Both the position numbers and the translations under genes were made by a program. From the NCBI GenBank assembly GCA_036172245.1, contig JAYWIR010000022.1:2356001-2420000 (forward strand): a stretch of 64,000 nt of DNA, written 5' to 3'. Source of the DNA: Raillietiella orientalis (Eukaryota). This document shows, piece by piece, positions 51,828 through 64,000 of this stretch; position 1 is the first letter of the stretch; each line of letters starts with the position of its first letter. Below the pieces are notes generated by a model. That model was not told the origin of the DNA. It searched no databases and worked only from the letters and a program-made list of their open reading frames with translations.

Positions 51828-52170
51828 AAAACAATCAAGACAATGGGCTCAAGCACAACAACGGATACAACTGCAACGGCGGACACAACAATAGGCAACA
51901 ACACTACTAAACCAGCGAGCACAGCAACACTACCACAGCAAACACAGCAACGGTATACAACACTACAACAGTGAGAACAGCAACAACACAGTTATAACTA
52001 CAAGCACAACGGCAATGAGAACAACGGAAACACTACTAAAAACGCAAGCACAACAACGGCAACAGCAGGCACTACAAGCACAATAGCGAACACAACGATA
52101 GCACTACTAAAACAGTGAGAACAGCAACGGCAACAACACTACAACAGCAGCAAAAACAACGCCGACGACG
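51828..52170. repeat. Degenerate CAA/ACA-rich low-complexity minisatellite upstream of the hb coding exon
   Basis: Recurring subunits acagtgagaacagcaac (x2), cactactaaa (x3) and ctacaagcacaa (x2) in an A/C-only-biased tract. Confidence 0.8.
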
Positions 52171-55100
52171 AGTGCGTGAAGAATCTGTAAGGTTCAGGGG
52201 GTTGGCCGCGTGTCGAAGGGAAGGAGGAAGGGGATGTCCTGCCGCAGTGCCGGACGTTGGCCCGCGTCCGTTAGTGGCCGGGAAGTCGCGCTGCCTCCCC
52301 GCGAGACAAATGGGATCTGCATGCCCGCAGACACTGGAGCGGGTCACGAAAGGACGAGGAGGGAGAGGTCAAGAACAGGAGGCATCGAGGGAGCCCTTCG
52401 GTCGACATGGTCAGCGCCTCGTGCTACCCTTCCCCCTCTTCCCTGGGTCCTCGCGCGCGCGCGCCCTCCAAGCCGGCCAAGGAGCTCTCGGGAAGTGCGT
52501 CGGTATGTGAGGGATGTCGGACGGGAGGGGAGACCCCCGCAGGGTTGGGGGAGGGAGGGAAGCGTCACTGGCATCACTTACGCGTTGAAACTGCAGCGGC
52601 GTCGTGGTCACTGGAGCTTCCCGGCTGGCGACGAGCCTCATCCGCGCGTGTCTCCCTCGCGAGCGGAGGAGCCCCTTCGTGCCTTCCTTCCGCGGGGACG
52701 GTTAACCGCCTTCTGCCAGACGCCCTCACTTGTCATCGGGGTACAGGTCAGATGCTGCCGCTCCTCCTCCGGCCGCCGAGGCACGCCTCCGCCCGCTCAG
52801 CGGTGGAGCCGCGCCGCTCGCCCGGACGCGGCGGCGGCGGCGAAAGTGAAAAGCGGCGGCGGCAGCAGCGCGCGGTGTGCGCGCAGGCGGGCGGGTGGCG
52901 GGGGGAGGAGGAGGAATAAGAAAGGCAATTTAGGGAACCGGCGACCGACCCGCGAAAGGATTTATGTGGTCTGGTCACAAAAGGTCACCCGTCGGTGGCG
53001 GAAGAATGTTTTTTTTTCCTTTTTCCTCCGCTTCTTTCCCTTTCCTTTTCTCTTTTTGCTCCGCGTTCTTTCCTTTTGCCGTTTCGCTTTTCCTCCTCCT
53101 CTTTTCCCCCCTCCCCCGCCGCCCCCTTCTCGCCCCTTTTCCTAGTCTTCCTCGCCCCCGCCTCCGATCCTCTCCTCCTCTCTTTCCCCCGCCGTCCTCA
53201 CCTCGCATCTTTGTCGCGCGCGCGCCGTTCCTCCTTTTTTCACTCGGCTGTCCACTTCCCGGCGTGGCATTCCCCGAAAGGGGGGCAGAGGTCTCCGCGC
53301 TTCCGAGAGGCTTCCACTCCCCCGACCCGCGTACTACCGTATCTGAGCCCCGCCTTCGGGTGCGGAAGAGGCCCGTGGGCTAGACCTGTTCGACTCCGTG
53401 GTCCTTCGTCCCCGCCGGCAGTGGGAGACCAGGGAAAGGATACGACGGAGGATCCGACCCCTAAAGCCGTAACCAGAGCAGCCAGGATGCTCTCCGGGAG
53501 AGCCGTCGCGGAAAAAGGGGTGGTACTGACGCCCGGCCCCGCGAGCACCCGAGGAGGGCATGCGTGGGTCAGAGATGACGCGCGACGGCCGATACTTGCC
53601 TACCGGACCTCTGCGCGGTCGCCTCCTGCTTATGCACAAGTGTCTGGCCAGGGAGGAAAGGCAGGACGCGCGCTCCGCCATCTCTACCTCGTGCATCCGA
53701 GGAGGGGCGTCTCTGCGCCTTCCTCCATCCTCCTTCTCCTCCTCCTGCTTCTTCCCCCCCACCTCCTCCCACCCTCTGTGCTCCTCGGGACGACGCCTTT
53801 ATCTCCCCCATCTAAATGGAAGATGCTAATCCCAGCAGTTGCGCAGCCTCCAAGATACTTCCTTCCTTCTTTGTCGCTTTCCTCTTCTTTTCTTTTCTCT
53901 CCCCCCCTCCTTCCCCCTTCCTTTCCCGCCCTCTCCAATCAGCGAGCCTCTTCCACGGCGATGGCTGCCTTCACTCATTTGCATGTTCCGCCTCCATCAG
54001 GTTATCGGTCGGTCTCCGGGTGACAGTGGGACCAGTGGGCGCAAGCGGCGCTCTAGGACGCGCTGAGGAAAAGGGAGAAGAAGGGAGGGGCTCATGAGAC
54101 CTGCTTCGCACCACCAGAGCCACCGCGTCTCCACCCGGAGCATTTTTCATCTTTCCTCCACGTCCCTGCGGCGAGGACAGGAAGGAATTGCCCCCTCCCC
54201 TCTCTACGCATCCAGGAAAGCTCCGCTTCCCTCTTTCCACACTCCACTTTCCTCCTGGTTCTCCGCCTTTCTCGGGAGGGCGTCCGTTGCCGTGGTGTGC
54301 GTCCGTCGGCATCCCCAGGCGCTCTCGAGGAACGGGAAAGATCGTCTGCGTAAAGACGGCGCTGGCGGCGAGCCTTGGCGCAGATGAGCCCAAGTGCAGG
54401 AAGACCCGGGAGGGGACTAAGACGCTTGCGCCCCCCCTTCTTCTTCTGCCCCCTTTTCCCTCGCTGTTCTACCGTGCGAGCGAGCGTCTCTTCGCCGCCG
54501 CCAGCGAGAGCGAAAAGTCGCGCGCGCCATCCCAGCGGATGCGGCCGGCCGGAACGGGAAGGAGGCGAGGAGAAGCCACGGAGATGAACGGAGAATTCCC
54601 GCCACTCCGAAGGGCTCACAAGCGCGCTGCCCTTTTCTTTTTCTTTCTTCCGAGGGGGGGAGGGGGGTTCGGAGAGGCAAGGCGGTCCTCAATCAACTTT
54701 CTGCCGGGAGGAGGAGGGGAAGAAGGGAGCTTTCTGGTGGAGGCCGCGTCCCAGTTCCTCTGGCCGCGGCGGGCTCCCCAGCAGAGTCACTCGATGGTTC
54801 CCTGCCACGTTGATCCCCCTGCCCTGCCGCTAAAGATGCCACGGGCGGCCAACAGCAGCAGAGCCCAGGCAGCGGCCGGTCTCGAGACTCGTAGGTGTGT
54901 GACTGGCAGCGGCACTGGATGGAAGAGCCGTGAACGAGAGCAGTGATGGCGCACGCCCATCCACAGGTCTCCTGGAGTGCCTTACCTGGGCTCCTCTCCG
55001 TCATGAGGAGAGGCGGTACCAACTGGCAAGATCCATAGGAAGGGTGCCCTCCCCCTCGACGGCTCTTCGAGGGAGGAGGGCTGCTCCCACCTGCCCCTTG

Positions 55101-58100
55101 CTCTTCCACGCGAGCTCCTCTCCTTGCGTCCGAGACGATGGCCGGAGCGGCGCGGGGTCTCCCGCCGCGGTCTCCCCAGAGAGCGTGGTGCAAGGCGAGC
55201 TGGAAGGAGCAAGGCGCTGCGTGGTCGGTCGCCTCCTCCCCTCCCCCGCGTATTCGCGCCGGTGCGGCGAGCAGCCTCTCGTTAAGGAGATTTACGGTCT
55301 CCCTGGCTGGGGAGGACAGTTTCCTCCCTCTCCCCTTCCCTCTCGTTCGCGCTCGCTCGCCTCCCGCACGGGAAGAACTCGCTCCCACCGCCGCCGCCGG
55401 CTCGCGTTACGTGATCGCGGGCGCCGGCGCGGGCGGAGAGGGGACCTCAGAAGGGGGAGGCCTCTGCCCTCCACCGGTCTCTGCTTCCGCTCTTGGTGCG
55501 ACACGTGCGTCCCAGTCGGGGCGCGTGTCGCTCCCGCGCCCGGCTCAGGCGGGATAAGCCCGCGCCGGGGGCGTCCGGATGTGCGCGCCGCCGGAGGGGA
55601 GGAGGGGACGGGGGCCGAGGTAGGCCGACCGGCACGGCCTACCTGATACCACTCTCTGCGCGCTCCCAATTAGAGGGGGGAGGCTGAGGAAGACACCCAT
55701 CCGGAGGAACCTCGTTAAAGAAATATGTGGGCGGCAGCGGGGACGCTCAGGGGCAGCGCTGATTGATAAGCATGGAGCCCTCCACCCCTGGTCAGTAACG
55801 GCCCTGATAAAGGGGTCGCGCGCCGCTGGCCGGACCACAGAGGAAGGGGGGAGGAAGGGGTCGAGAGAGAGGTGAAAGCAGGAAGGCAGAGGAAGGCCCC
55901 GATCCCTTCTACTGTTCTCTCCAACGTGCGCGAGTCCTGATGGGACGCGTCACTCTGATCTCTCAGCAGCCGTCTTCAACTCTTCATGGCGGACGGCAAC
56001 GGGACACTATTCCCGTTCTCCCTGGGAAGGATAGGACAGGGGGGGTAGCAAGGCAGACGTAGTACCAGAGGCTTCGCCCCCTGGTTTTCCACTTCTGGAA
56101 GAGGGAGGGGAGGTATGGAGAGGCCTCGTGCGACGGAGTATCCGCCCCACCCCTCAAGGTGATGGAACCCACGAGAGGGCATCACGCGGCCTTTCGTCTA
56201 GAAGGGTCTCCATCGGGCTAGTAGAGCAGACAGGATGAACTCTGTATGGACGGAGCCTGATCTCTTCCTATCGTTCCTCTGCGTTCATCCTGGGCGCGAG
56301 CGAAAGTGGTGGGTGCGGTTGAGGGGGAGGGCGAGAACAGCGGAAGACGCCTGCGCATCTCAGTGGATGGACGGGATCTTCGCTGCTTTCCCCTCCTTCT
56401 CCTCTTCCACATCCCCCTCCCCCCCCTCTTTAGCAAGCAGGCAGCTGCCTCCGAGGGGATCGCTGGCGAGGGCATCCGGAGGTACAGCTCCGCGCGGAAG
56501 TACGGGGGTATTCCTCCCCTGCCTCCTCCTACCCGACCCCCGTTCCAACTGTTGCGGCCTCCCCGGCCGCCGTCGCTCCAGCAGCTCGGGTTTCGGCGGA
56601 CGAGGACGCCGACACCTCCCTAATTCACGGTTTCCGGGTTTTTTCCCTCTCCTCCTCCTCCTCCCTCCCTCTCCCCTTCCCCTCGCCCTCTCTTCCCCCT
56701 CCTCCTCCCGGAGACCCGCCTGTCGCGGGTTGACGAGGGGTCAAACCAGGCGGCGCCCCCTTTCCGCCGCTGATGAAGACGTCCCGCTAATGAAGTCCAG
56801 TTTTTTTTTTCTCTTCCCCCCTTTCCCCCCCCTTCCTCCTACTCCCTTCCTTTTTTTTATTTTTCCTTTCTTCTCCTTTTTCTTCCCCTTTTTTCGTGTT
56901 TGAAGAGGAGGAGGAGGAGGAAGAGGATACTCCCGGCAGGACGCCAGGGGCTGGCCGGGAGGAGCGTCCGCGGAGGACCGGAAGGTATCCGCTTACCCGC
57001 GCTGCACACGTGTGACCTCCCTCGCGCCCTCGCCCTTCCCCCGCTCCGCACATGCTCGCCCGCTCCTTTCTTCCTCTCTTCCTTCTACCACCACCGCCCC
57101 CGCTGCTTGGAAGGTGGATGAGTGCGTCGCCCACGTTCCTCCCCTGCGGCCCTTCCCAGGTCCAAAGTGAATCCTGCAGCGGCCCCTCTTGGGTGAGCAG
57201 GTAGGGCGGCGGCGGGAGACTGGGCTTCGCCCCCAGAAGAGAGGTGGCCGAGGGAGACGGGGACAACAACGATCCTGCTCTGTGCTCGTCCGGAGACCTC
57301 CGACCGGAACCCGCGTGGGGCGCGTGCTCATCCCGAAGTGGCCGATAAAAATGGGCGCACGCGATAACCGCGGCGAGATAGCGAAGGAGATGCAAACAGG
57401 CCGAAGTGCCCCCTCCCCAGAGATAAAATCCCATCGCCCTTCCCAACTCCCCCTCTCCGAGTGCCGTCTTCTCCCCGGAACCTTCCGTGCGGCGACGCCT
57501 CCTCTTCCCAACCGTCCCCCCCCTCTTTCTTCCCCCCCCCCCTCTTTTGGTCTTCCAGTTGCTGTTGCTGCTGCTGCTGTCCGGCCGTCGCCATGACTTC
57601 GGGTACCTTCCCAATCGGGAGCGATGTCCGGGTACCCCGTGGAGACCGCTAGAAAGCAACGGCAACATCTCCCGTCTCCCGCCCTTTGCGCCCCTCTCCC
57701 TGGGGCGTTCCGCTTTCTCGGACGAACTACCCCCCTCCTCTTCTTCCTTCTCCCTTCCTCCGGCTGCGAGTGCAGAGAGTTCCATATTTAGAACGGGGGT
57801 GCCTTTCGTGCCAATAGCCCCGGACGACCCACCCCTCGCGCGCGTAGGGGCACGCGCGCTCGCTATTCGCAAAAGCCATTTTTCAGACCGAGGAGACCGG
57901 GAGTGACCCCCGCGTCCGGTCTGAGGAGCGTCCGGGACCGCCGAGGAAACGCGGCTCACGAGAAGCACGGATGGGGGCGCGCGTGCAGGCGGACTCGAGG
58001 CTGCCCCCTCGCGGCTCGCCGAGGCAGAGCTCGTGCTGGAGGGGGAGGGAGAAAGGAAGCGAGAGAGTGAGGGAAAGAGGGGGGGGGGGGCATGAAAAAG

Positions 58101-59582
58101 GAAAAAAAAAGGAAAGAAAGAAGAGAAGAATCTATAAATAGAAAAGAGTCCAGGGATTCCAGGTTTTCCGAAGGGGTTCGCCTGTCACATGTCAAGGTCG
58201 CGTGATGGAAGGGCCGGCACAGGGACGAAACTCGCGTTTCCCCCGAGTGCTCATCCCCTGCAGGAGCTGCGTCTCGTCGCTGCAGCCTCAGCAGTTTGCC
58301 GGAAGCCGGGCATGGGCAAAGAGGAAGGAAGGGGAGGCGAGGGAAGGGGAAGAGGGAAAGGGAGAGCTTTTCCCCCCCTCTTTGGTCTCTCCCTTCCCGT
58401 TTGCACTCCTCTTCCTGAAAAATGGGCAAGCCTCTCCACGGAGCCACTCGCCGTTGCGGTCAAACTGACCGTCGACACCCTCCTTGCTCCTCGAGCAAAC
58501 GAGCGCGCGGAGTCCGTTCCGTGAGCCAGTGGAGCAGCGGGCGCGCACAGGCGCAAAGGGGAAAGGGAGGACGACGACGACGACGAAAGGGGAAGGCACG
58601 CGTGATGCGTCTCGCTCGCGTTCCTGCCGCCTCTGTCGGCACGCCGCGGCGGCGGCTCCCCCTGCGCGTGGGCTTTCCAGGGTCAACCACTTCTCTTCCT
58701 CCCCATAGTAGCCTCCCCTGATTGCTTCTTTTTCCTAGGGTCGGACTGACCTCGGCGAGGTCTCTCGCTCCGAGCCCTCGCATACTGCCTTCGAGGTGGA
58801 AGGCTGCCTCCGGGCCGGCAGTGTCAGCGCTTCCCGGAGCATCCCTCCTTTCACTCCCGTCTGCTCTTACCCGTCCTGACGCGAGGAGGTGAGGTCAGCA
58901 GCTACCTTATCGCAATCTTCCTCAGGCACTCTTGAACGGCCGCGCGCTCCTCCTGGTCCAAGTATCCACGGCGCATTCGGCGGAAACGGGAGAGACATCC
59001 CTCCGCAAGAAGGGAACAAGCACTTTCCGCCCGGAGATTTTCAAATCCACGAGCACACCCGATCCTCTCCATGCTGGTGGCCCTCGTCAGCCGCCGTCCC
59101 CCGTCTGGACCCACCGACAGCTCCGTTTCGCCGCCCTCGTAGTCCTGGCCGCCTTGGTTTCCAGGAAGCTGTGGGGACTCTCGAAATCCTGGGAATCCTC
59201 GCTCCCTTATCACGGAAAAAAGGCTGCTGCCGCTGCCCTGCCAGGGCTCTCAAGAGGACAGACTGCCGAGAACGCCCGCTCCGGAACATTTCAGAATCTC
59301 GCGCTCCCGTTCTCCTGGGGACGCATCAGTGGGCGCCGCCGGGGAAGCGTGTGCAAGGAAGGATAGGAGAGGGGGAAGGGCAAGGAGCTTCTGGAACTTA
59401 GTGGAGCTGCTCTCGAGGGGGGACCTCCGTGGGTCCGAGCTCCCGCAGAAAATACCCGCACGGACTGTCTCCCTCCCCGAACCATACGCAGAGGAATGAA
59501 TCGGGTGATATCGAAGGCAACACGAGGGCATTTTCGTTCTTCTGTTCCCTTCCTTGCTGCTGCCGTAAGCTCTAGAGCCGTT

Positions 59583-59606
59583 GCTGCTGCTGCTGCTGCT
59601 GCTGCT
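59583..59606. repeat. (GCT)8 microsatellite
   Basis: Directly visible. Confidence 0.85.
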
Positions 59607-62600
59607 AATAAGGGGGAGGCGGCAGCGACAGCCGAAGAGTTCCTCTTCGCTCCTTCGCGCCTCTACCTCCAGCCCCGGTCCAAAGCACGCGCAACCCCTG
59701 ACTGAAAGGATGTGCATTTGAATGCCATTATCATGACGACGAAGATAATGAAAAAGGAAGATAATGGGGCTTTTTTTTTTTTTCCCCTCCTTCTTCGTCT
59801 TCCTCCTCTCCTCTCTTTCTTTCTTTCTTTCTTTCTTTTTTCCTTCCTCCTTTCCTGCCCTCGACGCGAAAGTGACTCAAGTCGTATGGGGCAGGCAACC
59901 TTTTGTCTTCCTTTGATCCCGTCAACACTGCCCTGGCGGACCCGGCGCTCTCAGAGGAACCACCGCTCCTCCTCCTCCTCGAATGGGGGCGCAAATTGCA
60001 CTCCCCGCGCCGCCCGGCACCATAAAGGTCTACGAACGAGCGCACCTACCCTCCCGCACCGATCACGGCGCACGATCACCGAGGGAATAGCCGCCGAAAA
60101 TGCTTGATACCGCGCGACGGATGATTCCACGATCCGCACACGCCTTCCCCCCGTGGGGAGGAAGGAAGGGGGCAGGAGAGGAGGGGGCGCAGCGGGGTCG
60201 CCGCGTCCTTCCCACGGCAGGGATTGCGGTGACAACGAGCCGCAGTTGCCGGCTGCTGCCTCTCTTGTGGGCGCCATGGGAGAAAAAACGCTTTCCAGAG
60301 AATGGGATGGAATTCGGGATAAGGAGGAGGACGGGGTGGGGATGGGAGGAAACAAAAACAAAAACTGCGGCCCAAGACATCCCAAGGCGTTCCTCGGATC
60401 CCTGGGCCACTTCTTTCGTCCTGTCGCTCGCGTCTACGGCGACACAAAGGTTCCGCTCCCACTCGAAGGGGCCCGGAGTTGCGCCACACTCGGTTTGCGA
60501 GCCCTAGAATCCACCCATCCACGCCGGCGATAACACCCTTCCCGGGACGCCTTCCCTTCCGTGTTTTCGTTGGCAGGCTCCTTCCTTCCCGCGCCGGAGG
60601 GAGGAAGGGAGGGAACGCGAGGGAGCTGCAGCCTTCTCCTGCCCCTCGATCCTCCCCTCTTCCTCTCCTCTCGCGACTGGATGCTCCAGTCTGCCTCGGG
60701 TGCAAATCGGGAAGCGTGGATTTCCCCTCTGCCAGGCAAATCACGTCGCGCGGACAATGCGCCATCCTTCCTCCCTCCCTCCCCGAAATAAGCACCCCGT
60801 CGTCGTCAATCCCCCCACCCCCTTCCCCTCTCCCCGGAAAACGCAACAAAGAAGGAACAAACGGTTCCGGAAGAAAAACAGAGGGAAACTCTTCCTCTCG
60901 TTTCCGTTCCCGAAGTCTCCCCGTTCGCCACGCGCGAATCGTGGTTCGTTCCGGGAGCGCACGCGCTCGTGGGAGGGGGAAAGCTGGGTCGTGAAAGAGA
61001 CGCGCGACCTGCCGAGTGCTGCCGCCCTACCGGTGAGTCTGGAATCGCTCTGTCCCGATGATGCGGCGGACCACCGCTCCCCTCCCATCGGACTGCACAG
61101 GGCCCTTCCTCCTTCGCCCACCTTTTTCCGGCTCTGTACGGGTCGCCCTGCCGCTCCCTCTCCCGGATCTTCCCGTTCGGTGTCGTCCTCCCGACTCCCG
61201 CCCCCATCCATCCAACTCCTCCGACTCCGCACTGAGCCTCTTCAGCTTCGCTTCCCGTCAGACAGGCAGGAGGCGGACGCGTTCACCGCCGCGCTCTCTG
61301 CGGAGCCGGAGGATTGGAAACATGGAGTTGATGATAAGCTCAGGTTCCGGGATTGTCGGGCCCGGCAGCGGCAGCAATGGGGAGCAGCGTGCAACGTCTT
61401 CCTCCTCCTCCTTCGCCACCGCCAAGTTGGGAAACTTTTCGCAACGGGGTGAGCGCCGCCGTGGGTCCACCCCGCATTAGCAGATCACGCGCGCACTGCT
61501 GCCGATGACAACGACCGCCGTGCCTCCAGCGTTTCCGAGCGCATCGCTCCCCCTCCTTCGGGCAACAGCAGCAGCAGCAGCAGCAGGCCTCCTCTCCGCG
61601 GAGGATGTGCTGTACGTTTGTGGACACCCGGCGGCGAGGGCCTTTTATCTACGGCTGCTGCTGCCGCCGCCACTGCCGGAGCGCAACTCTGATTTGCTTT
61701 TTGCGGCCGGGCGCGGACGATGCGGCGTCCGTCCCGATAAGCGGCGAGGCCGCCGGTGAAAGCGGACCTATCGAAATCGCTTCCGGATTACGATTTTCCG
61801 CTCTCCGTCGCTGGTAACTCCTCCTCCTCCTGACGGGTGCCACTCCTCCACGCTTTCAGCTGCTCTGCAAGGGGGTGGGGGCGAAAGGAGGAAGAGCAGG
61901 AGGAAAACCTCAAGCAGTTTCCACGCACGTGTTCGCCTGAGGACGACTCAATCCGCGCGCGCGGCGACGCTCCGTCCACTGTCCCGTCGACTGCTCGTGC
62001 CGCGCGCGGGGCCCTAAGGGTCTACATATCGCCGTGCGCAGCTCCCTAGAAGGTCCCCTGCCTTAATCTCCCCCAGTGATGGTAGAGTCCTCAGCGGATT
62101 TCTCCCTGGATCAATAATATTTCACCGATGCCCCCATACGCTCCACCGACCCCCCCTTCCCCAATCAAAGAGCGCGCGGGTTGTATCGAAAAACGAAGGG
62201 GAAAAGCGAAAATAGGGGGGGGGGGGGAAGGGGAAAGGCGAAACGCGCAGTCTCCCTGCTGTGATTTCCGGAGGCTGTTCGGCGGCGTAGAATCCGGGGA
62301 GTACGCGCGCGCCCGAAGCGTCCGCACGCGCTGCTTCCCAATCCGGCCCCCGTGACGATCCCATATTTCACCGCTCCAGCGGCTGCGATCGCTCGCAGCA
62401 TACCGCGCGCGCGGTCGGACTGGTTCGCGAGATACGGACGTATTTGATCCACGTGTTCCGCGCCTTGCAACGCCTTTCTTTCTGCCCGCCCTTCGACTGC
62501 AGCAGACGCTTCGTGCAACAACGCTTTCCTTCCTCCCTCATCTTTCACTCCCCTTTCGGAAGAGGCAGCGTGCTCGTTCCCCCCACCCACCCTAACCCCA

Positions 62601-64000
62601 CCCTTGTGCCTCCATGCCCAAACTCTCGGGTCACTCAAGCGGGTGCAAGGGAGTCTTCCTGGCTATCCAAGAGAGTTATATGCTCTCGAGAGTCGGAGAG
62701 GTGGGAGAGACTGCCAGGCCGCGGGACTGGCATCCTCTCGCGCATCCTCTCTCCCAGATTCCAGGTGCAGAGGAAAAACACGAGGTCTCGCAGCTTATCC
62801 TGAGTGCGAGCGCGCGTGGCTGGAACGGATCTCTCAGGAGAACGCGTTTCCTCGAAGGTCGACAGCCTCGTTCGGATGGAAGAAGCCGAACGAGAGTCAC
62901 AACCCTTGAGCCCGTTCTTTCTGCCTTCCTCCCCTCGGTCGAACGCCGCCTGAGCACCTGAGCCCTTGACCTCTGCGGGCATTCGACGTTCTTGGAGACT
63001 TCCTTCTTCCGAGGGCGCCGGTTTGCGGAGATGCTTTCGGGTGACGGACACCTCGCGAAGCGAAAAATGCACCGGGAGAGGGAAAAGGAGAGAAAGATGG
63101 GAGCGAGAGGAAAGTTTCCGGGACCGGGGGGGCGCGCGCCTCGCTGCGGCGGGAGGCGAGCCGGACGGGAGGGATCGGAAGTCGGAGGAACGGGGAGGAA
63201 GGAACATGATTCTCCCCCCCCCCCAACAAGGCCAACCCCCACTCCTTCGAGGGATCAGAGAAATGAGTTGACTCCTTCCGGGTCCTTCTTTCTGGATACA
63301 GGTAGGGGAGCTAGCGGAAGGTTGCTGGAGTGGCGGGGGACTGCCATGGGGTTCCGCAGTCCTGGAGGGGACGCAAAGCGTCCAGCTGCCGACAGCCGGC
63401 GCACGCGCGCTCATGACGACGAAGGGGGAGGGAAAAACGTGACGAAAGAAGGGGAGGGGGTGGAGGATTTCGGCTGCTGCTCTGTATGGACCCCTAGTCC
63501 AGCGAAGAGACGGCGAGAAGCAGGGTGAAGGGGGAGGGGAAGCAGGTAGTTCTCGACCTTTCCTTCTCCTCTCTCTCATCGGAGCACTCAACTGTTCCTC
63601 CGGGAGGAGGGATGCCTGCCGAATAAGGAAGGAGGAGCTCCAGTGGCCGAAAGGATGGGGGTGACAATCCGCCAGGAAGAGCCGTTGCACTATGGAGAAC
63701 GGCAAGGGAGGACTCGCGGGACTGAGATGATCTTCGCCGAAAGGTGCAGAACGGTGAGGAAGAAGAAACGAACGAACGGAGAAGGAGGAGGAGAGGAAAG
63801 TGAAAGAGTGAAGAGGGCGATGGGGAGGAAGAGGAGAAAAGAAGGCGGAGAGAGGGGGGAAAAGACTGCGGGATTCCCCCTTGATGGCAGCATTAAGAAA
63901 AATGTCTTCCAGCTTGAGACATGTCTCCGGAACGCTCCTGCCGCCCTCGAGCTGTTTTCCGAGAGGGCGGAGGAGCAGGGGGCCCGGTCGGGTGAGAAGG

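Noticed and set aside
31100..64000. Long ORFs such as 39239-40318, 41364-42440, 56787-57968, 62635-63705 and the antisense ORF 48832-50001
   Set aside because: Low-complexity GC artefacts or shadow frames of hb; no conserved motifs recognised
1..64000. CRISPR arrays, operons, prokaryotic defence systems, rRNA, intact transposons
   Set aside because: No regularly spaced repeat-spacer array, rRNA motifs or intact RT/transposase ORFs seen; all recognised genes are spliceosomal-intron-type animal genes

Overview
Eukaryotic (animal, most likely arthropod) genomic DNA, not prokaryotic. Five spliced protein-coding genes can be reconstructed by hand: unkempt (+, 5'-truncated), FBXL16 (+), TRMT11 (+), MKK4/MAP2K4 (-) and hunchback (-). 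The window is a mosaic. AT-rich, CpG-poor blocks (~1-2.9 kb and ~15.9-31.1 kb) hold housekeeping genes with very small introns, mostly 38-52 nt. GC/CpG-rich blocks (~4.35-15.9 kb and ~31.1-64 kb) hold the 3' half of FBXL16 and hunchback with its large non-coding flanks. Most ORFs in the supplied track are artefacts of high GC content. The most notable points are the micro-intron architecture, the sharp compositional domains (a probable gene-body methylation footprint), a 9-finger Hunchback whose 3'UTR lacks a canonical Nanos response element, MKK4-hb linkage, two long hairpins and several decayed coding-like relics. No RNA genes, intact mobile elements or CRISPR arrays could be supported. Composition statements are by-eye estimates and family calls are from recalled motifs, not database searches.
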